From Orbicella franksi (taxonomy: Eukaryota), in the NCBI GenBank assembly GCA_964199315.1, contig OZ116707.1, positions 310,001 through 374,000 of the forward strand: DNA of 64,000 nucleotides, given 5' to 3'. A program made the translations under genes and the position numbers. The notes under the pieces are model-generated. The model saw nothing but the letters and a program-made list of their open reading frames with translations. It did no database searches and was not told the DNA's origin. Every line of letters starts with the position of its first letter. The stretch's first letter is position 1. Below are positions 49,266 to 63,013 of the stretch, one piece after another.

Positions 49266-51019
49266 TGATGAAAAAGTAGCTTCTGCTAAGAAACATACCC
49301 AATTCAAGACTAGAGTGCTAAAACCATACCCAGTTTATGACCAAAACAGCCAAAATCGATACCCTATTTACGACCCAAACGGCTGAAAAACCCTACCCTT
49401 TGGGGCCTCACATACAGATACCTATATAGCCCATATAAGGGACTATCCCCCTCCCGGGGAATTGGTCACGTTACAACTTGTGTGACATTTTGATGAAGCC
49501 GCTGCAGCTTTTGTTGTATAAATGGCCCGATAAACAGATCCCAAAGTTTATTTTATGCGCTGTGCAAGATACGAGAAGACAAGCATCAAGCATAAAACAG
49601 AAGTAAAGCCCATCAATCAACGCAAAACATCGTTACATTCAAGCATGTCATGTTCCTTCAGGTTCATTCCCCAGCGGCAATGCAACCAGCAAGTGTTCGT
49701 TGTTGTTGTTTTTCAAATTCGGGCATATAGCCCTCAAGCTCCCAGTAGTCTTGAAAGTAATACAGGATTTAGTTGCCATTAAACGGTAAATGAAAACTTA
49801 CGATTTTCCTCTTCTCCTAGTGCTACCTCTGCGGCAGAGTTTATTGAAGGGTCAGGATGACGGCTACGGTTAATTTCTGCAGACCAGCGCCATTATTTAC
49901 TTTTGGAGTCTCGCAAGTCTTGAGAATTGATCAACTTTAACGCAACCTTCACCTCAAAACTGGATCTAGAGTGTACACAAGTATTAAAGGAAGCTTTTTG
50001 CCACTACTCAGAAGGTCAACAAACGAACCTGAACGGAAGATGTATTTTCACTGGGTGCTAAGGTTATACAAATGAGCTTTGACACAAGCGATGGCTATGT
50101 AAACACACTGACTGTGGCAGATTTTAATCTGTTCTCGCGTGCAATCCAAGGAGATACCCACCAGTTTGAACTTATAGAACGGCTTAATATATAGATTTAG
50201 GACAGCCTAAAAGCATAGCTCTTGGGCCGGGTTGTTCAGAGCCAAATGACCCAGGAAAAGGTAGAATTTTGATTTGAGTTTTGTAACTTTGCGGCGAGGT
50301 TTTCTGTATATTGTTTGGCCTTCTGTTTTGAGTTTTAATAATAACTATATACACAAAACAAAGCAGCAAAAAACATTTGTATAGAAGAAAAAGTTATAAT
50401 TCGGTTAACTTTTAATCCTGGGTTAGCGTTAACTGGCTTCCGAACAATCCTGCCCTGTTTTCAACAAGTTAACCTGAAAAGAGCCCACGATCCAATCAAA
50501 AAACCAGCACTTGGTCAGCAGTCAACTTCAAAAAACCACGCGACCTTGATGAGCTGTAAACTTGAGCCCACAATATGGTCATGTGATACTCGTCAGCGGA
50601 TACCTTCTTTTGACAGGTGTCAATTGATCATAACATGGATGTCCAATATCAAAAAGGTACACGGTAAACAAAGGCTCCATGTCTGTCAACCTATTATTTG
50701 GAGTATGGCCGCCATGTTGCGCGACTCTGTCGTCGTCGCCGTCGTGCGTACGCGCCCACGAGCAATACCGCTTGCCATGATAACCATGAGAAAATCAACT
50801 CATGGGTTTCCTTTTCTTTCCTGTATGAGTATGGGGCTTTGCTTGGCGGCCCTTTGGGCCGCCGGAGCTCCGCTATTAAGGTATGAAATTTACTGTGATT
50901 TTGTTAGCCTTATTCACCTGGGCGTGAATGTGATCACATAAGTACCCCAAGATTGCACTGGGCTCCCACCCTGCTAAGAATCTTCCCTCCCATTTCATAG
51001 TTTCAAATTACAGGGTTGA

Positions 51020-52520
51020 GCTTCCTTGTTACTGTGCAGAAAGAACATTTGTCAATATTGAAGGCCAGCTTCCAGTTGTCACTCCAGTCAACCAGCTTGC
51101 CAATGTTGTCTTGTAGCAAGGCAGTCAGTGTGAGATCTTATAACACGGAAGCACTTAGCATCGTCAGCAAATAAAGCCAATGTACTTGAGTGGGATAACA
51201 CACTTTGCATATCATTAATAAATAACACAAATAAAGTAGGTCCTAGGAGAGAACCCTGTGGGACCCCTGATGTAACAGGTAACCAATCTGAACTCTCGCC
51301 ATCTATTTCCACACGCTGCAGCCTATTGCCAAGATGACCTATAAACCAATGTAACAATGGTCCCTTAATTCCAGACTAATCCAGTTTTCTGATCAGGTGT
51401 GCATGAGATACTGAATCAAAGGCTTTTGAAAAATTCAAGAAAGTGACATCAGTTTGTTCACCATGGTCGATTGTTCTGACCATAAAATGTACCATATTCA
51501 GGAGCTGAGTGACAGTAGAACGTCCTTTGACAAAACCATGCTGCATGGGGTAGATTTTGTCGGCAATAAAGTTGGAGAAACGAGAAAAAACAACGTGCTC
51601 AGCAATCTTGGAGATAAGGCTTAGCAGTGAAATTGCTCTATAGCTACATACGTCTTCGCTGTCACCTTTTTTAAAGACAGGAACAATATTTGCACGCTTC
51701 CAATCCTGTGGGATACAGCCAACACATTCCTGTAATACTCTGCCCTGTATTGGATCAGGGCCACATCCCTTTGATGGATCAGAGTTTTTCAGCGCTTTTA
51801 ACACTTCCTCGACGGTTGCTCGAATAGAATACAATTTATCATCCTGTACAGTAAAAGTGGTTGTTTCTACTTTATGCAAATCAGTCTTCAAAAACATGGA
51901 GGCAAAAAAGTGATTAAATAGATTTCCCTTGGCTGCAGGAGTTGAGGCTTTAATAGTACCAAAGTAAACAACTTTAGGAAGTCTTGCAGAGTTTGTTTTT
52001 GATCTATAAAAGCTCCAGAACTTTTTTGGAATATCCTTCAGATTGGATTGCAGATCCTTTAGGAACTCGTGGTATTTACGTTTTGTGGCAGTTTCGATTT
52101 GTTTACATATTGACCTGTAATTGTCCCAATGCACAGCCGAATTTGACTGTTTTGCTTGTCTCAATAGCCATTTCTTGTTCCTCAATAGTTTGATAATTTC
52201 ACCATCAATCCATCTTGATCATCCCTAAGTTTGATCTTTGGTATACACGACTCAACAGCATTCAAGAATACATCACGCCAACTTTCCCAACCTAGATCCA
52301 CATCACTTTCATCAAACCCCATGTCCAGAGGAGTAACTGAGATTGCTTGTCTTAGTGCATCAAAATTAGCTTTCTTAAAAAATTTCTGTTGTAAAACTTT
52401 ACAGGAGTCTTTCAGCCAATAACATCATGGCTCTACTGACCAACCATGTTCAATGGACCAGACTTATAACATCATAGACTGACAAACACTGTTCCCTTGA
52501 CTCTGAAGATGGCTTCTGTT
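51020..52520 (-). mobile_element. CR1/L2-type LINE reverse-transcriptase fragment
   Basis: WKRANIVPVFKKG, YRAISLLS, HGFVKGRST, FSKAFDSVSH, GVPQGSLLGPTLF, LFADDAKC. Confidence 0.92.
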
Positions 52521-54333
52521 CAGGTTGTCAAAACATCAGTCACCAACAACAGTTCTTTTGAGAACTACACTCACCTGGACAATCACACTATATGAACTAC
52601 CGATACTCCTGGGTTCAAACCATTTACTACATTTACTAATCATTAATATCAACAGACATAAAAGAGATGCCTTCTGCCAAGGCTTTTCTTTTCAGAAAAA
52701 ATTTTTTCTATTTTCAAACCACAACCAATTATTCCTATGCAGAATTAGTTACCTTAAGAACACTCGAATGACAGGCGCATATGAAAATATGTATTGTTTA
52801 TCAGTTTGAATCATTCGTTTTTGATTGCTTAACTTACATTGTGAATAAGGTTTTGACATTGGTAAAAGGAAATTTCGTTTTTTAAGCATCATATTGTTAC
52901 TCAACTCTCGTCAAGTACATACCTATACCCATTTCTGGGGCAGATATAGGGGTGTTTAGGGGGTTCAGTCAAACTCCCTACAATTAAGACATCTGAACAT
53001 CCACGAAAACCTGGTTTAATTAAAATAAGGTAAAACACTGATAATAGCGAAAGAGCACATTGCTCACAGCAGCAAATCGAAGCTTTGGTGTGCTCATTGC
53101 TTGGATTAGTTGATTTCCTCTTCACCTTTTTTTAAGAGACACAAAGTTGCATATAAACATAAAGAAAGCCTGAAATGGCATGAGCTCAATTGCTTATGTC
53201 AAGTCAACAGACTTCAACATAAATTTGTAAATTCAAAATCGAATGCACATCGATAAATGTCAATCGTTTTAGCATTTCTTTAATTTTGACACAAAAGTTG
53301 ACTTAAATTCATAGCCCGTTCCAGGTATTCAGACAGTAAATGGGGCGCAATAGTACGGCAGAGCGAGGCGAATATAAAGCTGCAAAAAAATGGAGGGCGA
53401 TTGAGACCAGCGGCAGCCACTAAAACATTTTGATTGCCCATCACAGTGCTGGAGGATTAACATTTCAAAACTAGCCCTAGACAGGAGCCATAAGACGATA
53501 GCACGTCCCTTTGTCTTTTATTTGCTACTTAAATCAGCTCCTTATTCAGCTTTTCTTTTCCTTCTTTAATGTTGTTCTCGTTTTGAACTTGACTTGTCTT
53601 TTCTAGCAATATAATTTTTTAGCAGTCTTCCTTATTTCTCAGCCAGCCTAGATCAGCTATCTGCAGGTCAGGTAATTCTGTATAAATATTTAAAATGACG
53701 TGGATAAAAATCGATCAATCAAACAAAAAATAAATACATAAATAAATAAAATAAAAAAAGGAGCCCATCCTCCTGCCCTAGATAAGCCACAGCCATCACC
53801 CTCTCCCGACCCCCAAGTTAGTTCACATAACAAATTAACACCAAAAAACTCTTTGTTTTAAGAGTAAATAGCCTTATCCAGCGAAGAGGTGCAATTCAGT
53901 GCATAAAATGTATTTGAGCTCAGACATTTTTAACCGTTCGATGAATTCTCCACAGCCATAGCAAGTTATCCGCTATCTGAACAACTGGGGTCAGTAGTTT
54001 CTTGGTTTCATGCCAGTTACTTTACTCCCATAAATTTTGGACAGGTGTGTGTCGTGAAGGGTCTTAAACTCTGACCCTATTTAAAAGAGCTATGTCACCA
54101 ATTTTTAATGTTACTTTGAAAAGCTGAAAACGATATTGGAAGCAAAGAAAACTCAAGAAAATGTTTAAAATTAAGACTACTTGCAGTCAACAGCAACTGG
54201 AAAGAAAAACTTTTAGTGAAACAGTAGGGTTGAACTAGCAGCAACTAACTGTCATTGTCTGACATATTGACAACTGAAATAGACCAGAAACAAGACAAGG
54301 GAAGAGTACATGTTTAGGATATCATGATGGTAC

Positions 54334-54516
54334 TGTTCCGAACTGAAATTTTGTGTTCATTTTGTGTAAGGCGCGTTGCCTATTTACCGAGTGGAGACTA
54401 GGTCCGAGTGATGACATGTTGTAAACGAAAAAACGTGAGCTGGACGTTCGGGTCGAAGAGCAGATGAATATTGTTATAAATTTTGTTGCGTTTATGGAAT
54501 AAATCGTTCATTTTCA
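54334..54516 (+). repeat. 5' LTR (183 bp)
   Basis: TGTTCCGAAC...CATTTTCA, with AATAAA near the 3' end. Identical to the 3' LTR except for an 11-bp insertion. Confidence 0.96.
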
Positions 54517-54534
54517 TGGTCCTTCGAGCCGGAT
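54517..54534 (+). promoter_or_regulatory. Primer-binding site complementary to the tRNA-Tyr 3' end
   Basis: TGGTCCTTCGAGCCGGAT is the reverse complement of ATCCGGCTCGAAGGA-CCA, the 3' end of metazoan tRNA-Tyr. Confidence 0.85.
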
Positions 54535-54753
54535 ATTGGATTTGGAGAAACAGTTTCGACGATTGGTCGAGCAAAAGGAGAGTTGGATCCGTTTATTACT
54601 GCGAAGAAGTTGGTTTTCGCATATCGGCGATTTGGCGCCAAACAAACCACATGTGTATTGCATCAGCACTTTGAACGAGAGGAACTTCTGTGAATGTGCA
54701 GACCTGTAATTGTTGCGATTATATGAGGTTAGTAAAATTTTTGGGCTTTCAAA

Positions 54754-57700
54754 ATGTCGAAAGATTTAGAAGCTATCAAGAAAAAGAGAAAATTCCTGAG
54801 AAAATCTGTCACAGACACGTTGAAGTTAATCGACGAAGCCCTGTCACAACAAGATAATTATGCACGAGTTCAAGTGTTGAAAGATAATGTCGCAAGTAAG
54901 TGGAGTGACTTGCAGGAAGTGCCAGCCACGATGTGCACAATGTTAGAGGATGAAGAGATCGAGGCGGAATGTGAGAGCCATAATGAATACGAAGCGCGTG
55001 TAATTGAAAGCATGGCCAAAATGACAAGTTATTTGGCAAGTAAACAAGTTCCCGAAGTACAATTGTTAGGAAGCAATCCACCCGTATCCCAGTCGTCCTC
55101 TCAAGTACAAGTTAAGCTACCCAAGATTAATCTACCAACCTTTGACGGAAATGTTTTGAGCTGGCAACCCTATTATCAGTCGATAAAAGTTTCAGTGGTT
55201 GACAATCCGTCGTTGGCAGATGTCCAAAAATTAGAGTACTTGATGAGATCGCTAAAGGGTTCGGCTGCTGAAGCGGTGAAAGGTTTTGCAGTGGTACAAG
55301 CGAATTACAAGCCAGTTTTGGAAATCTTGAAGGAAAGATTCGGGCATGCAAGGTTAATACTTGATGCACATGTAAGATCCTTGATCCATTTGCCACGTTT
55401 GAGCTCTGATGATGCAACCTCCATGCGTAAATTCTACGATGAAGTGATAGGTCACGTTCGCTCTGTTGAGTCCTTTGGTGAAAAGTTTAATTCTGAAACT
55501 TTGGCTCCAGTTCTTGTGCCTCTAATAGTTGACAAGCTGCCAAAAAAAGTTGTGGAAAAATGGGAATTGGAGCTTAATGAGGAGAAAGCTAAACAGGACT
55601 GTGTGGAAGTGAAAATACTGTTTACTTTCTTGGAGCAATTGATAAGAGCTAAAGAGTCTTCACAGCCTCCTTCTCTTGATTCCAAAGCTCCGGCAAAGGA
55701 AAATCTTGGAAATCGTGAAAACCGTTTCAAGTTTAACCGGTCACAAAAATTATCCACCTCTGCATTATGTGCGGCAACGCAAGAGGGCAAGTGTGTCATT
55801 TGCTACAAAAACCATGGTTTGAAGTCATGTGTCACTTTTCTGTCATTACCTGTGAAAGAAAGATTCAGAAAAGCAACGTCTAAAGGCCTGTGTTTCCGAT
55901 GCCTTGAACCTGGTCATAGAGCCGAAGTGTGCCAGAAACCTCCATGCAAGCATTGCCAAGGTAGACATCACAGTCTCCTGCATCAGGATTCAGCTCGTCC
56001 TCCCTTGGAAGAAGTCGAGGTGGAATCAGCCCCGGAATTACTACCCTCGTCGTCAGGTCCTGCTTTGCCGTCCTCAGTTGTGGCAAATTCTGTTGCAGTG
56101 AGCTCAGGTGGAAAAGTGATCCTGCAGACCATACCAGCTATTTTGTGTGGATCAAATGGGTGTTCAAAAGTTGTGAGATGTTTCTTTGATCCTGGTTCTC
56201 AAACGTCGTTTGTTCGGCAGAGTGTAATTGATGAGCTTGGTCTTGATGGGAAGAGTGTCAAAATTGCTGTTTCTGGATTTGGTGGAGAGGCCACCAAGAG
56301 CACTTTGTGGAAGAGAACTGCATTTACTGTGGCACCTATTGACAAATCTGGACAGCCTCAATGTATTGAGGCACTTACTACACCATTAATATGCCGGCCA
56401 GCTGAAGCTGTGGATATTCATCCAACAAGATGGTGTCACCTTCGAAACATAGCATTTCCTGAAGAATTCCCTAGAGAGGAACAAGAGATTGATGTGCTTA
56501 TTGGCTTGGATTTCTATTATTCCTTTGTGACAAGAGACATTGTAAGAGGGGGTTCCCGTGAGCCAGTTGCAGTTCGCACAACTTTGGGTTGGGTCTTCTG
56601 TGGGCCAACAGGTGGTCATGGCCAAGAATGCACTGTGTCTATGAATGTTCAAATTAGTGTTGAAGAACAATTGAATGAAACACTTCAAAAGTTCTGGGAT
56701 TTGGAGTCCATTGGTGTCAGACTTGCTGAAAGTTCAATTTCTACTACTCATGCAGAAGATGTGGTCTTGAAGAAGTTTAAAGAGACACTAACATACAATG
56801 ATGGTCGCTATGAAGTATCCTTACCATGGAAGGAAGATTGCATTTCATTGAAAGATAATTACCGGCAAGCGGAAAGTAGGTTGTACAATCTAGAAAAGAA
56901 GCTGCTCCATGAGCCAGTGAAAGCTGCATCGTACAGAGAAGCGGTTAACAAGTATGTTGAGAATGGTGTTGCTGAAGAAGTACCTTGTGATGAAATTACA
57001 CCAACAGATGGGCGTCCGGTGTTCTATCTCCCTCATCATGCGATCATCAGGGAAGACAAGCAGACAACCAAGACAAGAGTTGTGTTTGATGCATCAGCGA
57101 AAGATAGCAATGGTGTCTCTCTGAACAGCTGCTTAGAGCCAGGCCCAGCATTACAGCCAGATTTGGTCGGAATTCTTCTGCGTTTTCGAAAGCATTATGT
57201 TGGTATCATGGGTGACATAGAGAAGATGTTCTTGCAGATTCGGTTAAAAGAAGAAGACAGAGATTCACACCGGTATCTGTGGAGAGATTTGGACCCCAAG
57301 GCCACGCCTAAGATTTACAGAATGACAAGGGTCACATTTGGAGTTGTTTCCAGTCCGTTTCTTGCCATTGGCACTATTCAAGAGCATGTGAAAAGGTGTA
57401 AAGAAACATTCCCTGTTGCATCAAATGAAATCTTGAGGAACACTTATGTTGATGACTTTGCTTCAGGGAGAGACAATGTGCAGGAAACGCTGAAATTACA
57501 GCGAAGTGCTACTGAGCTTATGCAGAAAGCTGCCTTTAATTTGACAAAATGGTCAAGCAATTCATCTGAGCTTATGGAGGCCATACCAGAGAGGGACAGA
57601 GCAGCAGTTAGTCTTGTCAGCCTGGAAAGTGATCTAGCAGAAGCACATCCAATCACAATAGCATTAGGATTAAAGTGGAATACACTTACTGACAACCTTG

Positions 57701-60061
57701 TCTTTACAATTGATGTGGACATTGTTAAGTCGAGATCAAAGACAGTGTACACTAAAAGAAAGGTGGCGTCTTTAGCAGCAAAGATATTTGATCCGATTGG
57801 TCTAATCGCACCCTTTTCAGTGAGGTCAAAATTAATTCTTCAAAGCTTGTGGACCAAGGGTGTTGGATGGGATGAGGAAATTCCCATGGAAGTCTCATCG
57901 AAATGGAATCAGTGGGTTCAAGAGATTTCTGAACTTGGACACCTTCAAATTTCTAGATGTTACACTGATTTGCCATTAGGTCAGAACCCCAAAGTAGAGC
58001 TACACGCATTTGGTGATGCGTCAGAAGTTGCTTATGCCTCTGCAGTTTATCTGAGAGTTGTTTGTGAAGATGGAAGGGTATCTACCAGTATTGTGATGTC
58101 CAAGACCTGAGTGGCTCCTGTAAGGAAGATTACCCTACCGCACTTAGAGTTGATGGCTGCTGTAATTACTGCTAGACTTTGCACCTATGTCAAAGGTGCA
58201 ATAGATTGTCCCATTAGCCGCATTGTTTGTTGGACAGACAATTCTTCAACGTTACACTGGATTAGAGGAGCAGCCTCACAGTGGAAACCATTTGTTGCTA
58301 ATCGTGTTATTGAAATTCAGTCGTTGCTGGATCCCAGTGTTTGGAGGTATTGTCCAGGACCGCAGAACCCAGCTGATCTACCTACCCGAGGTTTATCTGC
58401 AAGTCAGTTACGAGAGAGTCATTTGTGGTGGAAAGGACCCTCTTGGTTGCAAGAGTCCGAAAAAGATTGGCCCGAGGATTTAAGGTCAAAACCCTCCAGT
58501 GAAATTGTTAACCCAGAGAGGAAGAGTAAAGCTAGTGTCAGTTGTGTTGTGCAACCCAAAGAGCCGTTTATTGACTTCACAAGATTCAGCAAGTATAGTC
58601 GCTTGCTAAGAACTGTTGCTTGGATCAGAAGATTCGTTAGCAACTTAAGAGTGAAAGAAGAGGAAAGAATTGACAGCCCTTTAACTGGTTTAGAGATACA
58701 AAATGCAGAAGAATGGTTGATATCTCATGTACAAGAAGCAGGTTTTCCTGAAGAAATTGCGTCATGTAAACAGCATGGTCCAGTGAAGGACAGCAACCTT
58801 GCCAATTTAAACCCGTTTATGTGTCCGACTAGTCATTTTCTTCATGTTGGAGGAAGAATTCACAAGTCACTGTTGGCAGAAGAGGAGAAACATCCTATTA
58901 TCCTGCCTTCTAACCATCCTGTTGTTAAGTCGTTAATTGATGATATTCACAGCCGTGAACTACATGCTGGAGTTGAACACACTTTGTCACTTTTGCGACA
59001 GAGATTTTGGGTGATCAAGGGACGATCGACCGTCCGTCAGACACTAAGGAACTGTCTAATTTGTCGCCATTACCAAACAAAACCCTTTGGTCAGCAGATG
59101 GCACCACTTCCTGAAGACAGAATTAAGCCTGCACCACCGTTCACTAACGTGGGTCTAGACTTTGCTGGTCCTTTGTATTTGAAAGACAGTGGTGAAAAAG
59201 TCTATCTGTTCATTTACATGTGCAGTTACCCGTGCAATACACTTGGAGTTGGTATGTGATATGACAACTCAGCGATTTCTCCTTGCTCTTAGACGGATGA
59301 TTGCAAGAAGAGGAATGTGCAGCATTATTTGGTCAGATAATGCAAAAACTTTTAAGGCTGCTGACAAGGAGCTACAGCGATGTTGGAGAGTATTGGAATC
59401 AGACCAGACCCAAAGTGCTTTGTCTGAAAAGAAGATTCAGTGGAAGTTCATTGTGGAAAAAGCCCCATGGTGGGGTGGCTTTTATGAACGTCTTGTAAAG
59501 AGTGTCAAGACGCCACTGAAGAAACTATTTGCCAAAGCAATGTTGGATGCCGAGCAGTTAACTACTATTTTAGCTGAAATTGAAGCACAGCTGAACAGTC
59601 GTCCTCTTACTTACCTTGGTGCAGACCCTGATGACTACAGTGTGATTACCCCTGCACAGATTTTGATTGGCAGGAATCTACAAGCGTGTCCGACTAAAGA
59701 CACTCATGTTTCAGAACAGACCTCAAGAGCCCTCACCAAACGTTTTCAGTATCACCAGAAGCTTGTAAATGGATTTTGGAAGCGTTGGCATGCAGAGTAC
59801 CTAAAATCCCTGACACCTCTCAAGAAATGGTACAAGATTGGTCGTGAAATCTGCAAAGGTGACTTGGTCCTAGTAAGTGAGGATCGCGTAGCTCGGGGTC
59901 AGTGGTCACGTGCACGAGTGGAAGACACCCACACAGGCCGTGACGGTCTTGTCCGGTCCGTTACCCTGCGGACCTCATCTGGAAGTCTTACCCGTCGTCC
60001 AGTACAGCAGTTACACCTGTTTGAAAGCTCTGATGCTGACTTAGCTGCTGAACTTAATTGA
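54754..60061 (+). pseudogene. BEL/Pao gag-pol (DUF1759 gag, zinc knuckles, protease, RT, RNase H, integrase) with one stop and one frameshift
   Basis: KLPKINLPTFDG, CFFDPGSQTSF, YVDD, AFGDASE, GLDFAGP, SDNAKTF, GGFYERLV. In-frame TGA at 58108-58110; about 2-nt frameshift near 59208. Confidence 0.95.
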
Positions 60062-60145
60062 ACTTTATGAGACCTTGTTGAACATTTTAGTTGAACTCTA
60101 TTGAACTTGGTTGACAAGTTACATGTAGTGATGCACTCCCTGCAT

Positions 60146-60157
60146 CGGGCGGGAGGA
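60146..60157 (+). promoter_or_regulatory. Polypurine tract
   Basis: CGGGCGGGAGGA immediately before the 3' LTR. Confidence 0.85.
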
Positions 60158-60329
60158 TGTTCCGAACTGAAATTTTGTGTAAGGCGCGTTGCCTATTTAC
60201 CGAGTGGAGACTAGGTCCGAGTGATGACATGTTGTAAACGAAAAAACGTGAGCTGGACGTTCGGGTCGAAGAGCAGATGAATATTGTTATAAATTTTGTT
60301 GCGTTTATGGAATAAATCGTTCATTTTCA
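60158..60329 (+). repeat. 3' LTR (172 bp)
   Basis: Direct repeat of 54334-54516. Confidence 0.96.
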
Positions 60330-61430
60330 GGTACCAAAGGGCAGGGTCGCATTATGGCTGATTTTGTTTAGGCATTAAACCCCATTATTATATGGCTTTG
60401 GCTTGTGGCCGATATAACGCACGCTCTGATTGGCTAAGAGCGAAATCTGAGCGGTCATCATGCAGCCGTAATGCCCATGGGCCGATTACAGATTATGCAA
60501 ATTAGAAAGAGCCCGGCTCGGAAAATTCAATCGCATTGAAATGACGAAAGCCGATTAAAAACAGTAAGAGAAGTAAATTTAATGCTGAGTAGCTAGAAGT
60601 TTAGGGATTTTTCCTTAATAAAATTTATGTAGAAATCGTTTTTGACTTACCAGCCGGTAACCTTGGCGGGCACTAGGGAAAAACAATCAAAGTTTGCTGA
60701 GTCTTAAGTAAAGCTAAAATCGCTAAGTAAAAAACACCATCGGCTGATCTGTCATGCATCCTGAGCAGAACACCATGAGGAAACTTATAAGTTATCATCT
60801 TAGTCACAACAATTTCCGAAATATTGAACTCCGTCACAGTTCTCATGAAATAGATTCCCTCTCTTTAACACAAGCAAGTGTAAATCAGCTTCCAGGATCA
60901 TCAGATGTCAACAATCGGGCGGTTTCTGTTGGTAGCAGTGTTTCTGATAACTACAAGAAGTTTTAGATGTTCACAAAGCTTGAAAAATTAATCCATAAAT
61001 CCCAGAATGAAGGCGAAAATATGTAGTCGAAAGCGAATGCGAAGATCGAGTTATTTTAAGCAGTGCATTCTGAAGCATTAGTATTTTGTTTCACCGAAAG
61101 ACCGTTGGTTTGGACTATTTTGAAGCACTTTCTGTCTTTTCCATGTGCATTGACGTTTCGGCACAAAAGTCGGAAAAACTCCCCCATCAAGTTGTGGCAC
61201 CACGATACTAAAATACCTTTTTGAGGCTCGGACAATCATTTTTCCCGTAAAGAAATGTGTACTTTTAACGGAAGACGTAATACAGTGGTGAAATTCAATG
61301 ACTGTGTAGTTTTGCCCTGGGTTTGAGACGATGACTGAATCGGTAAACACGTGCATCGCCATGTGTAAATTGACGACTTCCGCTCAAATAATTTTTTCTT
61401 TTCTTTAATTCATGAGCCATATAATAAACA

Positions 61431-61571
61431 ACTTAATAACCTCAACCGTTCGGTTGTTACGGGAAAATCTCAAACCTCAGCCTACCGTATTGACCTTGCT
61501 ATCGCTTGGTCGATACGGCAAGGCCTCAGTTTGAGATTTTCCCGTAACGACCTCACTCTCGGTTATTAAGT
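61431..61571. repeat. Imperfect about 140-bp palindrome at the end of a dispersed repeat
   Basis: Arms ACTTAATAACC/GGTTATTAAGT, GTTACGGGAAAATCTCAAAC/GTTTGAGATTTTCCCGTAAC and CCGTATTGACC/GGTCGATACGG. Confidence 0.8.
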
Positions 61572-63013
61572 AGTTATCAACACACTATGTTCTCTAATGT
61601 CACCCAACATTTGCTTTCTTCCTGTGTGTGCTTGGGTGGGGCTTACGGATTTTTATAACTTTAAAACATCAAAGACACCGGTGTGCTTGGGAGGGGCTGA
61701 CCAATTTTACAACTTTTTAAAACATCAAAGATGCCCGTTTGTTCAGGTGTGGCTGACAAATTTTACAACCTCTTTTTTTACATCAAAAATGTGCGTGTGT
61801 GGGTGGGGCTGACGGACTGTCAAAAGTTGTCAATTTTGAGCTTGCCGTGTACTCAGTAAAAGTCATATGCAAAATGGAGTGAGGAGGAACAACACAGCTG
61901 GTCCATTCTTGGCCTCAGTGGTTTCAAATTGATTTTTATGTCCTTCTGAATACAATTGGCTTTTCCAGCCGATTTTGGCATTTAATATACTGATTATTAT
62001 TATCGTTTCAATTTGGACATCTTCTGAATTTCATGGAAGTCCCTGTCCGTGAGAAATCGTCTGTAGGGAAAATTTCCCATTTTCTCATTTGTATCCTCCA
62101 AGGATCATCCTTTCCAGCACAGCTGTATCAACCATTTGCACAATCCTTGACAAGGGTCTATTGGTTCAAGAAAGCTCCACTTTATCTAGGTGGAATGCAT
62201 ATTTAAAAAAATCAAATCTTGAGGGTTATGTTAGTAAAAAAGAAACAATGAAGAAGAAAATATCAACACTCCTAAAAAAGAAAATATTGATCAGCGCCCC
62301 CCCCCCCCCACTCCTCACCCCCATTGGATCTCCCTATCTATCTATTTCAGGGAAGCATTCCTTTCTTTGCGTTGGTCAATTTTGCTCTTGTAATTCTTGT
62401 CTAGAACCTTTTCTGCCATGCGTGCAGCAGTTTGATTATTGAGCAAAAATTATTTTTTTGCTGGGCTTCTGCATTCATGACCCATTGATATACTCTATGA
62501 AATGCGAGATGAAATCTCCTTGATTCACATGTACAGTTTCCTGCAAAAAAAAGTCATAAATGGGGTTTTACTCATTGTAGTTTTCCTTCCTATAGTACTT
62601 CTTCCTAACATGAACAGGAAATGGGAATTATCCATCCTCGTAACAACCAATACATTCGCCCATATCCCACCTCTCGCACCCAAATAGAATGTCTTGAGCA
62701 GTTTTTTATTCTGACTTAAGCATTACACCAACTTTTTCTTTAAAATTTTCTTTCAAAATCCAAATCTGCACAATAAAGGGGACGTGGCAAGGAAAACTTG
62801 GGCTACATTTGTGAACATCTGCTTGAATTACAACTTGTTGGCACAGAGCCATACTCAATTGTATTTAGAAGAGAAAGAGAGATTTCTCACCTTGAATATA
62901 AATAATTGGCAAGCAAAAGCAAGCACGAGGCGAGCACAGACGGCATATATGGGTTCACCATGCATTATAACATAGCTAGTAAATTCGTGTACTCAAATTC
63001 AATTGCGTAAGCA

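Larger units (their letters stand above)
54334..60329 (+). mobile_element. Full-length young BEL/Pao LTR retrotransposon
   Basis: Two TG...CA LTRs, 5-bp TSD GGTAC (54329-54333 and 60330-60334), PBS, PPT and a single gag-pol. Confidence 0.97.

Noticed and set aside
49280-50890. Several about 60-130 aa ORFs
   Set aside because: They lie within non-coding dispersed repeats and show no recognisable domains.
54517-54534. tRNA gene
   Set aside because: Only 18 nt complementary to a tRNA 3' end, directly after an LTR, so it is a PBS.
58108-58110. Programmed stop readthrough or selenocysteine in BEL pol
   Set aside because: The position is normally Arg (SKTRVAP), so a CpG transition explains it, and a separate frameshift also breaks the ORF.
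54809-60117. Antisense and alternative-frame ORFs inside the BEL element, and similar ones inside the pogo and Zator ORFs
   Set aside because: Shadow ORFs of real coding frames with no motifs of their own.
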